From the NCBI GenBank assembly GCA_016215315.1, contig JACRKG010000019.1, forward strand, positions 71,523-135,522: a stretch of DNA of 64,000 nucleotides. Reading direction: 5' to 3'. Both the position numbers and the translations under genes were made by a program. Positions 36,912-46,975 of this stretch are shown in pieces (positions within the stretch are counted from its first letter, which is position 1; each line of letters opens with the position of its first letter). A model generated the notes under the pieces. That model made no database searches and was not told the origin of the DNA. It was given only the letters and a program-made list of their open reading frames with translations. This DNA comes from Candidatus Woesearchaeota archaeon (GTDB lineage: Archaea; Nanobdellota; Nanobdellia; Woesearchaeales; ARS49).

Positions 36912-37835
36912 CTATGCAGACATCTCTTTTACTTTATAATACCTTCCATTAGGACCACTTCTCAGCATTATTTCGAACATAAACCCGAATAGAAATGTCA
37001 CTGTTGCGTTTAAAAATAACAAAACCCCTAAAACTAAAATAGGTCCTAAGTCAAACTTAGAAATAATTATTGCCTTAAAGATTTGCTCAATAAAAATAAA
37101 AATTGCAAGAAAATACTGAAAAAAGGATAAATTGCCAAAAAAATGCAACGGTCTGGGAGAAGAATCATTCCAAAACTTAATGAACAACAAATCAAGAAAG
37201 CCATTAATTAACCTTTTCGCACCATACTTAGTTTTACCTGAGTGTCTTTTTTTATGTTTAACAACATATTCACCAACTTTATAACCATTCAGTTGAAGAA
37301 TTGTAGTAATGAATCTGTGAGATTCACCATAAAATTCAAAATCATTGAAACAGGATCTTTCATAGATTTTTAATGTACACCCCGCATCGTGTATTTTGTC
37401 ATTAAATAGAAGCTTTCTCACAATAAAAGAAAGTTTCGAAAAAAGTATTTTTTTAAAATTATCTCGTCTATTTTTTCTCCAGCCAGAAACACAATTATAA
37501 TTTCCTTTTTTTAATTTATTTATTAGTCCCGGTATTTCCTCTGGGGGATTTTGTAAATCTGCATCAAGCGTAATAATGTGCGTCCCTTTTGAAAAATCCA
37601 CCCCTGCAGCAATAGCCTGTGTCTGGCCCGAATTTTTTGCAAAGGAAATATACTTAACAATTTTGTCTTTTTTAGAAAGTTCTTTTATTGTTCTTAACGT
37701 ACCATCTTTACTTCCATCATCAATGAATATGATCTCATAATTACCAATATTTTTAAGAGATTTTTTTATTTCATCATATAAAGGAACAATATTCTCTTCT
37801 TCGTTATAAGCAGGAATTATTACTGAAAAATTCAT
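36912..37835 (-). CDS. GT2 polyprenol-phosphate glycosyltransferase (ArnC-like)
   Basis: PAYNEEEN, DDGSKD, DADLQN, GWR, HRF; two C-terminal TMs. Confidence 0.9.
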   Translation of the reverse strand: MNFSVIIPAYNEEENIVPLYDEIKKSLKNIGNYEIIFIDDGSKDGTLRTIKELSKKDKIVKYISFAKNSGQTQAIAAGVDFSKGTHIITLDADLQNPPEEIPGLINKLKKGNYNCVSGWRKNRRDNFKKILFSKLSFIVRKLLFNDKIHDAGCTLKIYERSCFNDFEFYGESHRFITTILQLNGYKVGEYVVKHKKRHSGKTKYGAKRLINGFLDLLFIKFWNDSSPRPLHFFGNLSFFQYFLAIFIFIEQIFKAIIISKFDLGPILVLGVLLFLNATVTFLFGFMFEIMLRSGPNGRYYKVKEMSA

Positions 37836-37945
37836 AAGTTTACCCCAATAAAGAGTGCTTTAAGTACTTTTTAAAACCTTGTGAACTTGCAAAATCAAAA
37901 CAATGTTCCAAATGTTTTAAAAAGGCAACATTATGAACTGGTAGA

Positions 37946-39412
37946 ATGAATCATAAAAAGAGCCTTTTAGAAGGTACTTTTTACATTTTAGTGACTTCTC
38001 TTGCTGCCGGGGGTGTAAGCTATTTTATCAGACTTCTACTTGCCAGAAATCTCTCTTTAGAAAATTATGGGCTTTATTATTCTGTTTTTAGTTTTGTGAG
38101 TGTTTTCTTATTATTCCGAGATTTAGGATTAAGTAATGCACTTGTTAGAACCATTGCAAAGTTAAAAGTTGAAAATAAATTTTGGGACATTAAAACCGCA
38201 ATAATGGCAGTTTTAACGATGCAAACCATTTCATCTTCTATTATTTTTCTCGGTTTGTTTTTTTCTGCCGATTATTTGAGTGTTTATTTTTTTAAAAAAC
38301 CTGAAGCAGCTATACTGATCAGATTATTTTTCTTATACATTTATGCCAGCATAATATCTTTATTAGTTAAAAATGTATTATTAGGACTACAAAAAAATAA
38401 GACCTATTCTTTATATGAACCACTAAAAAACATTGCAACTTTGCTAACAATATTTACGGGAATATATTTAACAAAAGAAGTCTACTTGCCACTAATAGGC
38501 TATTCTGTAGGTTGGATTGTTGCAGCATTTCTTGTATTCTCTATTTGGAAAGAAATTAACTTATTTAAATATCCTCTAATTACTTTTTTTCTGAGGGCAA
38601 AAAAGTTGTTCTTATTTGGCGTACCTTTATTTCTTTCTGAAGTTGGAGGTAAATTAATAGAAAACATAAACACTTTAATGCTTACATATTATACAAATTT
38701 AGAGCTTGTTGGCATATACCAAATTGCTTTTCCTTCCGCAATGCTTTTTATGTTTTTATCAAATGGCATAAGCACGTTAATTCTACCAATATCTTCAACT
38801 CTTTGGGCTCAAAAAGATAACAAAACAATGAGTAATCTCATTGAGGAAATATATAAAGCAACATTTTTGTTAATAATACCCTTTTTTGTTGTTGCAATTA
38901 TGAACTCAAAATTGCTATTATATTACCTGTTCGGAGAGAAATTTTTGTCAGCAACTATTCCGTTGCAGATTTTACTACTCGGCGCGCTTTTCTTATTCAT
39001 TTCTGACGTAAATAGTAGAATAATATTGGGCTTCGGCAAATCTAAACTAATTTTTTTTATAACCCTGATTTCAGCAGCAATAAATATTCCGCTCAATTAC
39101 TTTTTAATTAAAGAATTAAACATAGTTGGCACATCAATTGCAACTACCGTGAGCTACGCGATTATCTTTATCGCATCTTTTTATTACTTGAAAAAATTTA
39201 TTAATATCCAAATAAGCACTCTTTGGTTTGTTAAATCAATCTTCATCACACTATTAATAATTGTGCTTTCTAGCTACATCTCAATATCAATCGAGACAAA
39301 TCTTTTAAGATTAATTTTAAGTTTTACTGCTTGCTCAGCAGTTATTTTATTGGCCAATATTACATACTTGAAAAAACTTGCTTTTTTATTTTTTCAAAGA
39401 CAGGTAAACTGA
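37946..39412 (+). CDS. Wzx/AglR-type oligosaccharide flippase
   Basis: About 14 TMs; LARNL...YGLY, DLGL, VGIYQIA. Confidence 0.88.
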   Translation: MNHKKSLLEGTFYILVTSLAAGGVSYFIRLLLARNLSLENYGLYYSVFSFVSVFLLFRDLGLSNALVRTIAKLKVENKFWDIKTAIMAVLTMQTISSSIIFLGLFFSADYLSVYFFKKPEAAILIRLFFLYIYASIISLLVKNVLLGLQKNKTYSLYEPLKNIATLLTIFTGIYLTKEVYLPLIGYSVGWIVAAFLVFSIWKEINLFKYPLITFFLRAKKLFLFGVPLFLSEVGGKLIENINTLMLTYYTNLELVGIYQIAFPSAMLFMFLSNGISTLILPISSTLWAQKDNKTMSNLIEEIYKATFLLIIPFFVVAIMNSKLLLYYLFGEKFLSATIPLQILLLGALFLFISDVNSRIILGFGKSKLIFFITLISAAINIPLNYFLIKELNIVGTSIATTVSYAIIFIASFYYLKKFINIQISTLWFVKSIFITLLIIVLSSYISISIETNLLRLILSFTACSAVILLANITYLKKLAFLFFQRQVN

Positions 39413-40456
39413 TAGAAACTTTTTAGAAATCGATTTTAAGTCATAATTTTTTATTTTCAAGAATGCTTTTTCAGTTAATTTATTTAGATTTTTACTATTT
39501 AGTGCATAAATCAATTTTACTATTAAACTTTCTTTATTTTTAGGACTAAAAAACAACAATTCGTTTTCATCAAACATTTCTTTAATTTCTGGCAAATCCG
39601 ATGTTAAAACCGGAGTTTTACATGCAACACATTCAAGTATGCTTAAGGGATTAGTTTCAGTGGCAATTAAGTCAGGATAAGGAAAAACTGCCAAGTAAGC
39701 ATTATTTATTTCATCAACCAAATTATTAGTTTTTCCGAATTTAATTAATACGTTTTTTTCTTCTTTTAAATCTTCTATTAACGGTTGATAAAGTTGTTCA
39801 TCATAATTTTGATCTTTACACAAAAACTTAAATTCTATGCCTTTTACGAGTTTGTTTATTTTCGGTATCGCGTTCATCAAAAGTTCCACACCTTTTCTTT
39901 TGGAAAATGGACCGTAGTAAAGAATTGTTTTTTTGTCAGAATTCTTCTTTTTCTGTAGCTTGAATTTGGTTAAGTCAATGTGAGAGTTTATCAAATTTAT
40001 TTTTTTTTTGCAACCATTTTGCATGAGTTTTGTTTTTATTATGTTTGAGTTAGTTATTATTGCATCAGCAAGGTTGAGCAAAAATGCAAATTTATAACTA
40101 CCTAACCAGTGTTTTGAGTGTGATTTTACATTATGAACTATTTTCGTGCGCGAAAATAGTCTAACAAATAATAAATCTAGAATCTTTATTGGTGCTGAAC
40201 TAAATGATTGAACAATGTCAAATTTTAAGTTCTCCTTTTTTTGGCACAAAAAAAGGCCAAAGGGATAAAATAATTTATTAAATCTAAATATTTTAATCCC
40301 TTCTAAAATTTCTTCTTTTTTGCTATTTTTAGTGTGCCTGGCAATTATTACAACTTTATTTTCTTTGCTGAGTTCTTTAGCTAGGCTTAACACACTTATT
40401 TTAGTTGCTTCGGGTATTTCTGTATCTATAAAATTAGTGTAAAACGCAATATTCAT
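39386..40456 (-). CDS. Glycosyltransferase family 4
   Basis: RKGV, ETNPLSILECVACKTPV. Confidence 0.85.
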   Translation of the reverse strand: MNIAFYTNFIDTEIPEATKISVLSLAKELSKENKVVIIARHTKNSKKEEILEGIKIFRFNKLFYPFGLFLCQKKENLKFDIVQSFSSAPIKILDLLFVRLFSRTKIVHNVKSHSKHWLGSYKFAFLLNLADAIITNSNIIKTKLMQNGCKKKINLINSHIDLTKFKLQKKKNSDKKTILYYGPFSKRKGVELLMNAIPKINKLVKGIEFKFLCKDQNYDEQLYQPLIEDLKEEKNVLIKFGKTNNLVDEINNAYLAVFPYPDLIATETNPLSILECVACKTPVLTSDLPEIKEMFDENELLFFSPKNKESLIVKLIYALNSKNLNKLTEKAFLKIKNYDLKSISKKFLSVYLSLKK

Positions 40457-43410
40457 TTTTTATTGTTGAACCCCAAAGTAGAGTAATTTATGCCATTTTC
40501 AGAAAAGCTTTTGTGAGAAAAAATATTCCATGCATCAAAAAACAAACCATTTGGTTTCATTAGTTTTGTTAAATTATGAATTTCAAGATTGGAATAAGCC
40601 GGATGATTGTTCATTATTAATACACAATCTGCATCCTTAAACCCTTCTTCAGGATTTGCGAACTTTACGTTTAATTGTTCTATTTTTTCTTTTGGAACTA
40701 TAGGATCATAACCGTAAATATTCCCGGTGTGCTGGCTCAGTAAGCCTACCACATCAATAGTTGTGGAGTCTCTCATATCTGTTGTTTCCGGATGTCCTTT
40801 GAATGCGAACCCTAAAATAAAAATTTTGCTTTCAGCAAAATTTTTCCCTCTTGATTCAAAATGCGCCTTTATCTTATCAACTACATGATGAACCATTTTT
40901 TCATTTATTTCTCTTCCAAAAGAGACTAGTTGTGGAGAAAAACCTACTTTTTTTGCGCTTTCACAAAAAATATGAGGATCTTTTTTCAGGCAAGTACCTC
41001 CAACACCAGGACTCGGATAAGGTACTTTGCCTCTGGAATATCCTTCATTAGCAGCACGAATAACATCCGAAGTATTTATGTTAAACCGATCGCAAATAAG
41101 CGCCAACTCATTAGAATAAGCAAAAGTCACATCTCTGAAAGTGTTATTGATTAATTTTACCATTTCTGCTTCTTCTAAGGAATTTACCGTTATTATTTGA
41201 TGTGTTAGTGCTCTGAAGAAATTTGATGCTAAATCAACACTTCTTTGTTCTAACCCGCCAACAATTTGAGGAAGAGTTCTTAGTTCATGCAAAGCATCAC
41301 CTTCAATGGTTCTTTCGGGTGTGAATGCTAAAAAGAAGTCAGTTCCTGCAGTTAGTTTGGACACTTCTTCAAGTAATGGGACTGCAAGTTCTCTGCACGT
41401 ACCTACTGAAACTGTTGATCTTAGAACAACCAAATCATCTTTTTTCAAAACTTTTCCAACTTCATTTAATGCATCTTTAAGAAATTGGTTGTTCAATTTA
41501 CCTTCTTTAACTGGAGTTCCAACACAAACCACATAAATGTCTTGAGAATTATCTGGAATTTTTTGGTGAACTAAAAAATTACCACCAATATGTTTTTCCA
41601 GCAAAGGAACTATTCCTTTTTCATGAACGTGAGATTTTTTTTGTTTAAGCAAATTTACTACGCTCTCATTAAGGTCGATTCCTAAAACATGAAATCCTTC
41701 ATCAGCAAGTGTAAGTCCTAAAGTTAGACCGACATAACCTAAACCAATAATGCAAACATTTCTCATTTTTGTTTCTTTTAATCTGAACAAGTCATAAAAG
41801 TTCAAAACTTCTTTTACCTGATTTTTTTCGTTAACTGCTATTATGCGTTGTATTTGACTGTTAGGTATTCGATTCTTTTTTTGATATTCTTTTATTTTGT
41901 TTCGCACAATTTGTAGCATTTCTAAGTAAGGAGTTTTGTGAGGAACAGTTATTGGATTTGTAGTCATTATTTTTTCAACAGGATAAGTTAATGGAACATA
42001 ATTCAGTATTGCCCTTCTAATATCCCCATCAGTAACTATCCCTTCAAGAATGTCATCTTCAGATGTTACTAAGCACAAACCAGGAGGTGCTCCTTTTTTT
42101 GGAGCTTCATTAATTAAACGCATAACATCTATTATGGACGTATCTTTTTTGCATTTAATTTGATCTATAACACCAGACATATTATCATCCTTTTTATCAT
42201 TAAAAGTTATTTCAGTATTTTTTAAGGTTTGTGTATTACTGACTTTGGTGAAATCTGGATTCATTCTTATGACTGGCTCTGAATCATTTTGAAGATATTT
42301 GCAAATTTTCTCAGCAGTATAACTAAACGCATCAGTCGTACCAAAAGTAGTTTTTAATTCATTTTTTAGTGCTGAATAATTTTTTTTAATTTTCTCGCCT
42401 TGAACAAATAATTTGCTCGTATCAAAATCAGGATCAAGAAATATTGCCAAATCTAATTCTTTCAGAGTTTTATTATTAAAATAAATTTCAGGGTCATCAC
42501 CTTTTTGGTATGGTAAGGTTATTATTGGTTTTTCAGTTATTATCGATTTAGCAATTGATCCCCAGCCAGATCTGCAAAAATGGAATAAAATATTATCATT
42601 CTGCAACACGTTTGGAAGTTGAACTTCACTATCTATATTTTCAACTTTTTTCGAAGAGTAAACTTTCAATCCTGATTTTGTTACATCATCGTAAAACTTC
42701 TCCAAACCCGGAATTCCCGTTATTGTTGCATATATGCCTCGTTCTATATTTACATCTGTTGTCTTATCAAGCTCATAAAATGGAGGTACATCTAGTTTAT
42801 TGCTTTTTTCAATTGTTTTTTTTCTATAGCTAAAACTATTTGGTTGTTGCATAAAGCATAAAGATTGTGAATTCTCTATTTCTTCAAAAAGTTCAGCAGA
42901 TTCATTTAAAAGTTCTTCATCTATTTCTATTTCTGAATTATTTTTAGACTCTTCCAATATTTCAGAATAAAAAGCAAAATTTGTGTAAAATGTTGGTTTT
43001 ATGGGTGTTTTTATTTGTGGATTTCTGCTTATTTCACAAATAATATCAGAACAATTTATTGTGTGCTTATCGCCGTTAAAAGTTTCTACTTCTATCTCAT
43101 TTTTGAAATGGTCTTTTAGCTCTTTTTGTTTTTCCGAGTGTATTTCAACAAATTTTTTTAAGTGTTCTTCAAAATTACTTCCAGAATAAAAAATAGAATT
43201 TAGAATTTCTCCGAATTTTTTATCAAAAAAAACATTTCTAGTAAAGTCGCCCAGTTCTTCCTGAAGAATTTTTTTTTGTTTTTCTCCATAAACTAATGGA
43301 AAGATAACCCCTAAATCTTTTTTGCTCAGCTCTGCTATTTTTTTTGATAAATGCCCGCACAAAATAAAAGGAGCATTGCCTTGAGCAAAATTAGTTAATA
43401 TATATTTCAT
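40453..43410 (-). CDS. Triple fusion: GT-B-like domain, CBS pair, WecC-like nucleotide-sugar dehydrogenase
   Basis: RSGWGSI..KPIITLP..DDPE; GIVTDGDIRRA; IGLGYVG, PER, KLINNTFRD, GGTCLKKD, GFAFKG. Confidence 0.85.
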   Translation of the reverse strand: MKYILTNFAQGNAPFILCGHLSKKIAELSKKDLGVIFPLVYGEKQKKILQEELGDFTRNVFFDKKFGEILNSIFYSGSNFEEHLKKFVEIHSEKQKELKDHFKNEIEVETFNGDKHTINCSDIICEISRNPQIKTPIKPTFYTNFAFYSEILEESKNNSEIEIDEELLNESAELFEEIENSQSLCFMQQPNSFSYRKKTIEKSNKLDVPPFYELDKTTDVNIERGIYATITGIPGLEKFYDDVTKSGLKVYSSKKVENIDSEVQLPNVLQNDNILFHFCRSGWGSIAKSIITEKPIITLPYQKGDDPEIYFNNKTLKELDLAIFLDPDFDTSKLFVQGEKIKKNYSALKNELKTTFGTTDAFSYTAEKICKYLQNDSEPVIRMNPDFTKVSNTQTLKNTEITFNDKKDDNMSGVIDQIKCKKDTSIIDVMRLINEAPKKGAPPGLCLVTSEDDILEGIVTDGDIRRAILNYVPLTYPVEKIMTTNPITVPHKTPYLEMLQIVRNKIKEYQKKNRIPNSQIQRIIAVNEKNQVKEVLNFYDLFRLKETKMRNVCIIGLGYVGLTLGLTLADEGFHVLGIDLNESVVNLLKQKKSHVHEKGIVPLLEKHIGGNFLVHQKIPDNSQDIYVVCVGTPVKEGKLNNQFLKDALNEVGKVLKKDDLVVLRSTVSVGTCRELAVPLLEEVSKLTAGTDFFLAFTPERTIEGDALHELRTLPQIVGGLEQRSVDLASNFFRALTHQIITVNSLEEAEMVKLINNTFRDVTFAYSNELALICDRFNINTSDVIRAANEGYSRGKVPYPSPGVGGTCLKKDPHIFCESAKKVGFSPQLVSFGREINEKMVHHVVDKIKAHFESRGKNFAESKIFILGFAFKGHPETTDMRDSTTIDVVGLLSQHTGNIYGYDPIVPKEKIEQLNVKFANPEEGFKDADCVLIMNNHPAYSNLEIHNLTKLMKPNGLFFDAWNIFSHKSFSENGINYSTLGFNNKK

Positions 43411-43421
43411 TCTGCCTTGCT

Positions 43422-44372
43422 TTATTCTTCCCAATTATACTTGAATGTTCCATCATCTTTTTTGCTTGCAAATCTCCCACGATAATAAGCGCGGTTTAAG
43501 AGTTCTTCATGGGATAATTCTCTTACTTCTTGTCCTAGCATCAAGTTGTATTCTTCTTCGGAAACGTATTCTTTTAATTTTTGTTTTCTTTGATCAACTG
43601 GAAGTCTTCCAAAATCGACTAAAGTTTTTAATTGCTCCGGGTTAATTGATACGGGTCCATCTTTTGTCTCAGTTTTACCCAAGATGGTAAAATGTTTTTC
43701 AATGAAATCTGCTCCGTATGAAAGAGCCGCTAGTGAAGCTTTTAAGCCATCTCTTTCAACCAGAGTATGATCGCTGAATCCAACCTTAGATGTTAAAGTT
43801 CTCAAATAATTCATTCGTCGCAAATGTATTTCTTTAAGTGGTGTTGGATAAATTGTTACACAATGAAGAAATGCGTAATCTTTTCCTTCTAAAACTTTTG
43901 CTGCTGCTTCTATTTCTTTTTGGTAAGATGCTCCTGTTGAAACAACGGCAAAATCAAAGTTTTCTTTTGCATCTTTTAATAAAGGCACACTGCCACAATC
44001 ATAACTTGCAATTTTTATGTGTTTAAAACCTATTTCTTTAAGAAATGGTATTTGTGCGCGGGTAAATGCAGTTACCATGGGGATTACATCGAGTGATTCA
44101 CATTTATCAACAAACAATCCATAAACACCTTCGTCCAAATCTAAACTACTTAATCTTTCAACTTCAGGTTGGTATGGTCTTTTAATCATTCTGATTTCTC
44201 CGCCATGGCTTATCCCATTATCAAATTCTGGTCTGTGTGTTACTTCAGAAGAGCGTACACATTGCATTTTGAGATATTTAGCTCCCGCTTGCGCTGCTGC
44301 ATTGATCATATCTTCAAGAAGATACAAATCACCTTTGTGATTTTGACACATTTCAACTATAATTTCACTCAT
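43422..44372 (-). CDS. NeuB-family nonulosonic acid synthase (no obvious SAF domain)
   Basis: E.CQNH.GD, KIASYD, VSTGA, LHCVTIYPT, GFSDHT, IEKHFT. Confidence 0.9.
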   Translation of the reverse strand: MSEIIVEMCQNHKGDLYLLEDMINAAAQAGAKYLKMQCVRSSEVTHRPEFDNGISHGGEIRMIKRPYQPEVERLSSLDLDEGVYGLFVDKCESLDVIPMVTAFTRAQIPFLKEIGFKHIKIASYDCGSVPLLKDAKENFDFAVVSTGASYQKEIEAAAKVLEGKDYAFLHCVTIYPTPLKEIHLRRMNYLRTLTSKVGFSDHTLVERDGLKASLAALSYGADFIEKHFTILGKTETKDGPVSINPEQLKTLVDFGRLPVDQRKQKLKEYVSEEEYNLMLGQEVRELSHEELLNRAYYRGRFASKKDDGTFKYNWEE

Positions 44373-44440
44373 AATATCACCAGTTTTTAAGTTCTACTTT
44401 TCTTTTAAAAGGGTTGTGTATGAGTTATTCGGACCCATAA

Positions 44441-44521
44441 TAGTTTATAGTTCATAGTTTGCAGTTTATAGTACGTACTGTGAACTGTAAACTTCCAACT
44501 ACAAACTAGAGACCGCAAACC
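44441..44521. repeat. Palindrome of tandem heptamers
   Basis: AGTTTAT AGTTCAT AGTTTGC AGTTTAT AGTAC|GTACT GTGAACT GTAAACT TCCAACT ACAAACT AGAGACC GCAAACC. Confidence 0.85.
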
Positions 44522-44530
44522 AAATATTTA

Positions 44531-45289
44531 TTATTTATCCAGAGAAAAATCTAATTTTACTTTATTGGTTTTTAACAAGTATTCTGCGTATTCAAAATCT
44601 TCAAGACTATCAATATTTGCTAAACGTTCAGAAGGTATTATTATTGATCTGCAATCATTTCCATATCTATTACCTATGTTCATAATGGTGTTGTAAGTAA
44701 AAAGATAAATAGCTCCATTCTTCCAATAATACTTTCCAGGCAACTCTTGTCTGTTTCTAAATTTCTTTTTTTCAAAAAAATCAACTTCAGTTTCTTGTGC
44801 ATGATCTAAAGCCATCTTTATAGACTGCAATTGGTCATTAACTATTTCTTTTTGCCAGTAAGGATGAAAGTGAGATGGAGTTTCTGAAACACTCACAATA
44901 CTATCACATTTAGTTTCTAATTGTTTTTTAATTGCATTATCAATATCTTCCGATAATCTTAAAGGAGAAGTACATTGTATTAGAAGCACAACATCTGGCT
45001 TAAATCCTTTTTTTTCTTGATCTTTAATAGTTAACTGAATAGCAAGCTCCACGTGTGCAGTATCTGTTGCTGTTTCGGGAGGTCTCATAAAAACATTCAC
45101 TTTATGATCACGCGCAATTTGAGCCATTTCTTCACTATCTGTGCAAACGACTACTTTGTTAACTAGTTTGGCGTTTTTTGCGCTGCAAATACCGTAAGAA
45201 ACCAAAGGATATCCGTTGAGCAGCTTCAGATTTTTTCCAGGAACACCTTTTGATCCTTTTCTAACGGGTATTATTGCAAGAACATTCAT
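44531..45289 (-). CDS. neuA: NeuA-family acylneuraminate cytidylyltransferase
   Basis: IPVRKGSKGVPGKN, QCTSPLR, NGAIY, NIDS.EDF. Confidence 0.9.
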   Translation of the reverse strand: MNVLAIIPVRKGSKGVPGKNLKLLNGYPLVSYGICSAKNAKLVNKVVVCTDSEEMAQIARDHKVNVFMRPPETATDTAHVELAIQLTIKDQEKKGFKPDVVLLIQCTSPLRLSEDIDNAIKKQLETKCDSIVSVSETPSHFHPYWQKEIVNDQLQSIKMALDHAQETEVDFFEKKKFRNRQELPGKYYWKNGAIYLFTYNTIMNIGNRYGNDCRSIIIPSERLANIDSLEDFEYAEYLLKTNKVKLDFSLDK

Positions 45290-45335
45290 AAAAGTTAGAT
45301 CCCTTTTGGAGTTTTTAAAAATTGTTAAACAAGCA

Positions 45336-46937
45336 TCAAGATAAGCTGGAATTAGAATATTCTTTCTTGAAATAAATCTCTAAATTATTGTCTTCAGATC
45401 TTATGAGTTGTTCAGGTATTGCATCTTCTATTATTACTGGTTCTTTGAATTTTCCTGCAATTCTTGCGTCTTCAAATACTTGATAAGATAATGGCTCTCT
45501 TTCTTTGAGAAATTCTTTGTCTTCAGGAATAAGAACTAAATCGGATTCATCAATCCAAGCTTTTAACATGGGAACATTGTAGAAGCCGAATCTTTTGACT
45601 TGTTCTGAATCAGGACTATTAGTAAATACAAAATAAGAGTGTGACAGAGGTGCATATGTCTTTCTGTTTGATTCAAACAATACATGCAAGGTTCCTTCAC
45701 CAAGAATCACAATTTTATCATTTTCTCGTGTTAATTCATTCAGAAAATTTGAAACTTGGTCTATTCTTGAAAGATCTGTTTCTCCGGTAAAAGGATTTGT
45801 TATTACGCTTCTATCCATTAAAAAAAAGCCAGAAAAGACTAATGTTATCAAGAAAAGAAAAAATATCTTTTTTGATGAGAAATTGTTTAATGAATCATAA
45901 ATGGCTTTTAATAAAACAGAAATAATTATCACCCACAAAATCACAGAATACATAACATATTTTGTAGTGCTGGCATTCCATCCAAATTTATGGAGCAAAT
46001 AATTTAGTACGAACATAAAAAATATTAAAAGAACTTCTTTTCTTGAAAGCAGAGTTTTTTTGAATAACTGAAAATCAAAAAAGAAGAAAAAAAATAAGAA
46101 AACTGACAAGACAAAAAACAAAGGAAGTCTGTTTACATCACTAATAAAATAATAAATAAAGTGCAAAAATGAAAAATAACCCGGATAACTTCCGGTGTTG
46201 GGATGATTTTGAGAAAACTCCACCAATCTAGGAAATACTATGCCTAAAACTTGAGAAAAAAACACTCTCCAGTCTTTAAATAAAACATTGCTTAAAATAA
46301 ACAACCCAGTAAAAAAAGAAAGGAAGATTGAAATTATTTTATTTTTAAGCGAGGTTTTCTCAAATAGAACATAAACTAATAAAACCAAAAACAGAAGTAC
46401 CAAATTTTGCCTAGTAAGAACTGCAATAGTCATAACCAAACAAGAAAAATAGTAATTGAAAGGATTTCTAAACTTAATAATACAATAAAGTGAAAAAACT
46501 ATAAATAGATTGGGAAGAGCCAATGAAAGTCCTGAAGAAAATATTTGAAGAATAAAATTTGTAGAAGTTAGTATGAATAAAGAAAGCAATCCAAACCATT
46601 TGGATTTAGTCAGTTCTTTGATGATTTCATAAGTAAAAAACAAAACAAAACAAGACAATAATACTGAGAAAAGACGACCATACAAAATTCTAGGGCCAAA
46701 AAAATAAAAAACGGGTCCGTAAACGTAATAAATTACTTGAGGAATTCTTGAAAAAGTATCTAAATGTATTCTTTCACCACCTTCATATAATCTGTATGAA
46801 GAATAGAAAAATTCAACTTCATCGTGATCTGTGTTTAGAATGAAAGCGTAAATTATTGAAAGCGATAAAAAAATAAGAAATACAAATGATAACATAAGAT
46901 AAAACGCCAAATTTTCTTTTTTGTGTATTTGTGCCAT
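45336..46937 (-). CDS. GT-C (ArnT/PMT-like) membrane glycosyltransferase
   Basis: First-loop DHDE, GRLFS, TRQ, multiple TMs. Confidence 0.75.
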   Translation of the reverse strand: MAQIHKKENLAFYLMLSFVFLIFLSLSIIYAFILNTDHDEVEFFYSSYRLYEGGERIHLDTFSRIPQVIYYVYGPVFYFFGPRILYGRLFSVLLSCFVLFFTYEIIKELTKSKWFGLLSLFILTSTNFILQIFSSGLSLALPNLFIVFSLYCIIKFRNPFNYYFSCLVMTIAVLTRQNLVLLFLVLLVYVLFEKTSLKNKIISIFLSFFTGLFILSNVLFKDWRVFFSQVLGIVFPRLVEFSQNHPNTGSYPGYFSFLHFIYYFISDVNRLPLFFVLSVFLFFFFFFDFQLFKKTLLSRKEVLLIFFMFVLNYLLHKFGWNASTTKYVMYSVILWVIIISVLLKAIYDSLNNFSSKKIFFLFLITLVFSGFFLMDRSVITNPFTGETDLSRIDQVSNFLNELTRENDKIVILGEGTLHVLFESNRKTYAPLSHSYFVFTNSPDSEQVKRFGFYNVPMLKAWIDESDLVLIPEDKEFLKEREPLSYQVFEDARIAGKFKEPVIIEDAIPEQLIRSEDNNLEIYFKKEYSNSSLS

Positions 46938-46975
46938 AAGCCAACTTAATTTAACTGAATCATTTAAAATCTTTA

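Noticed and set aside
44441-44521. CRISPR array
   Set aside because: 7-nt units without spacers; no cas genes; no repeat-spacer pattern seen in the window.
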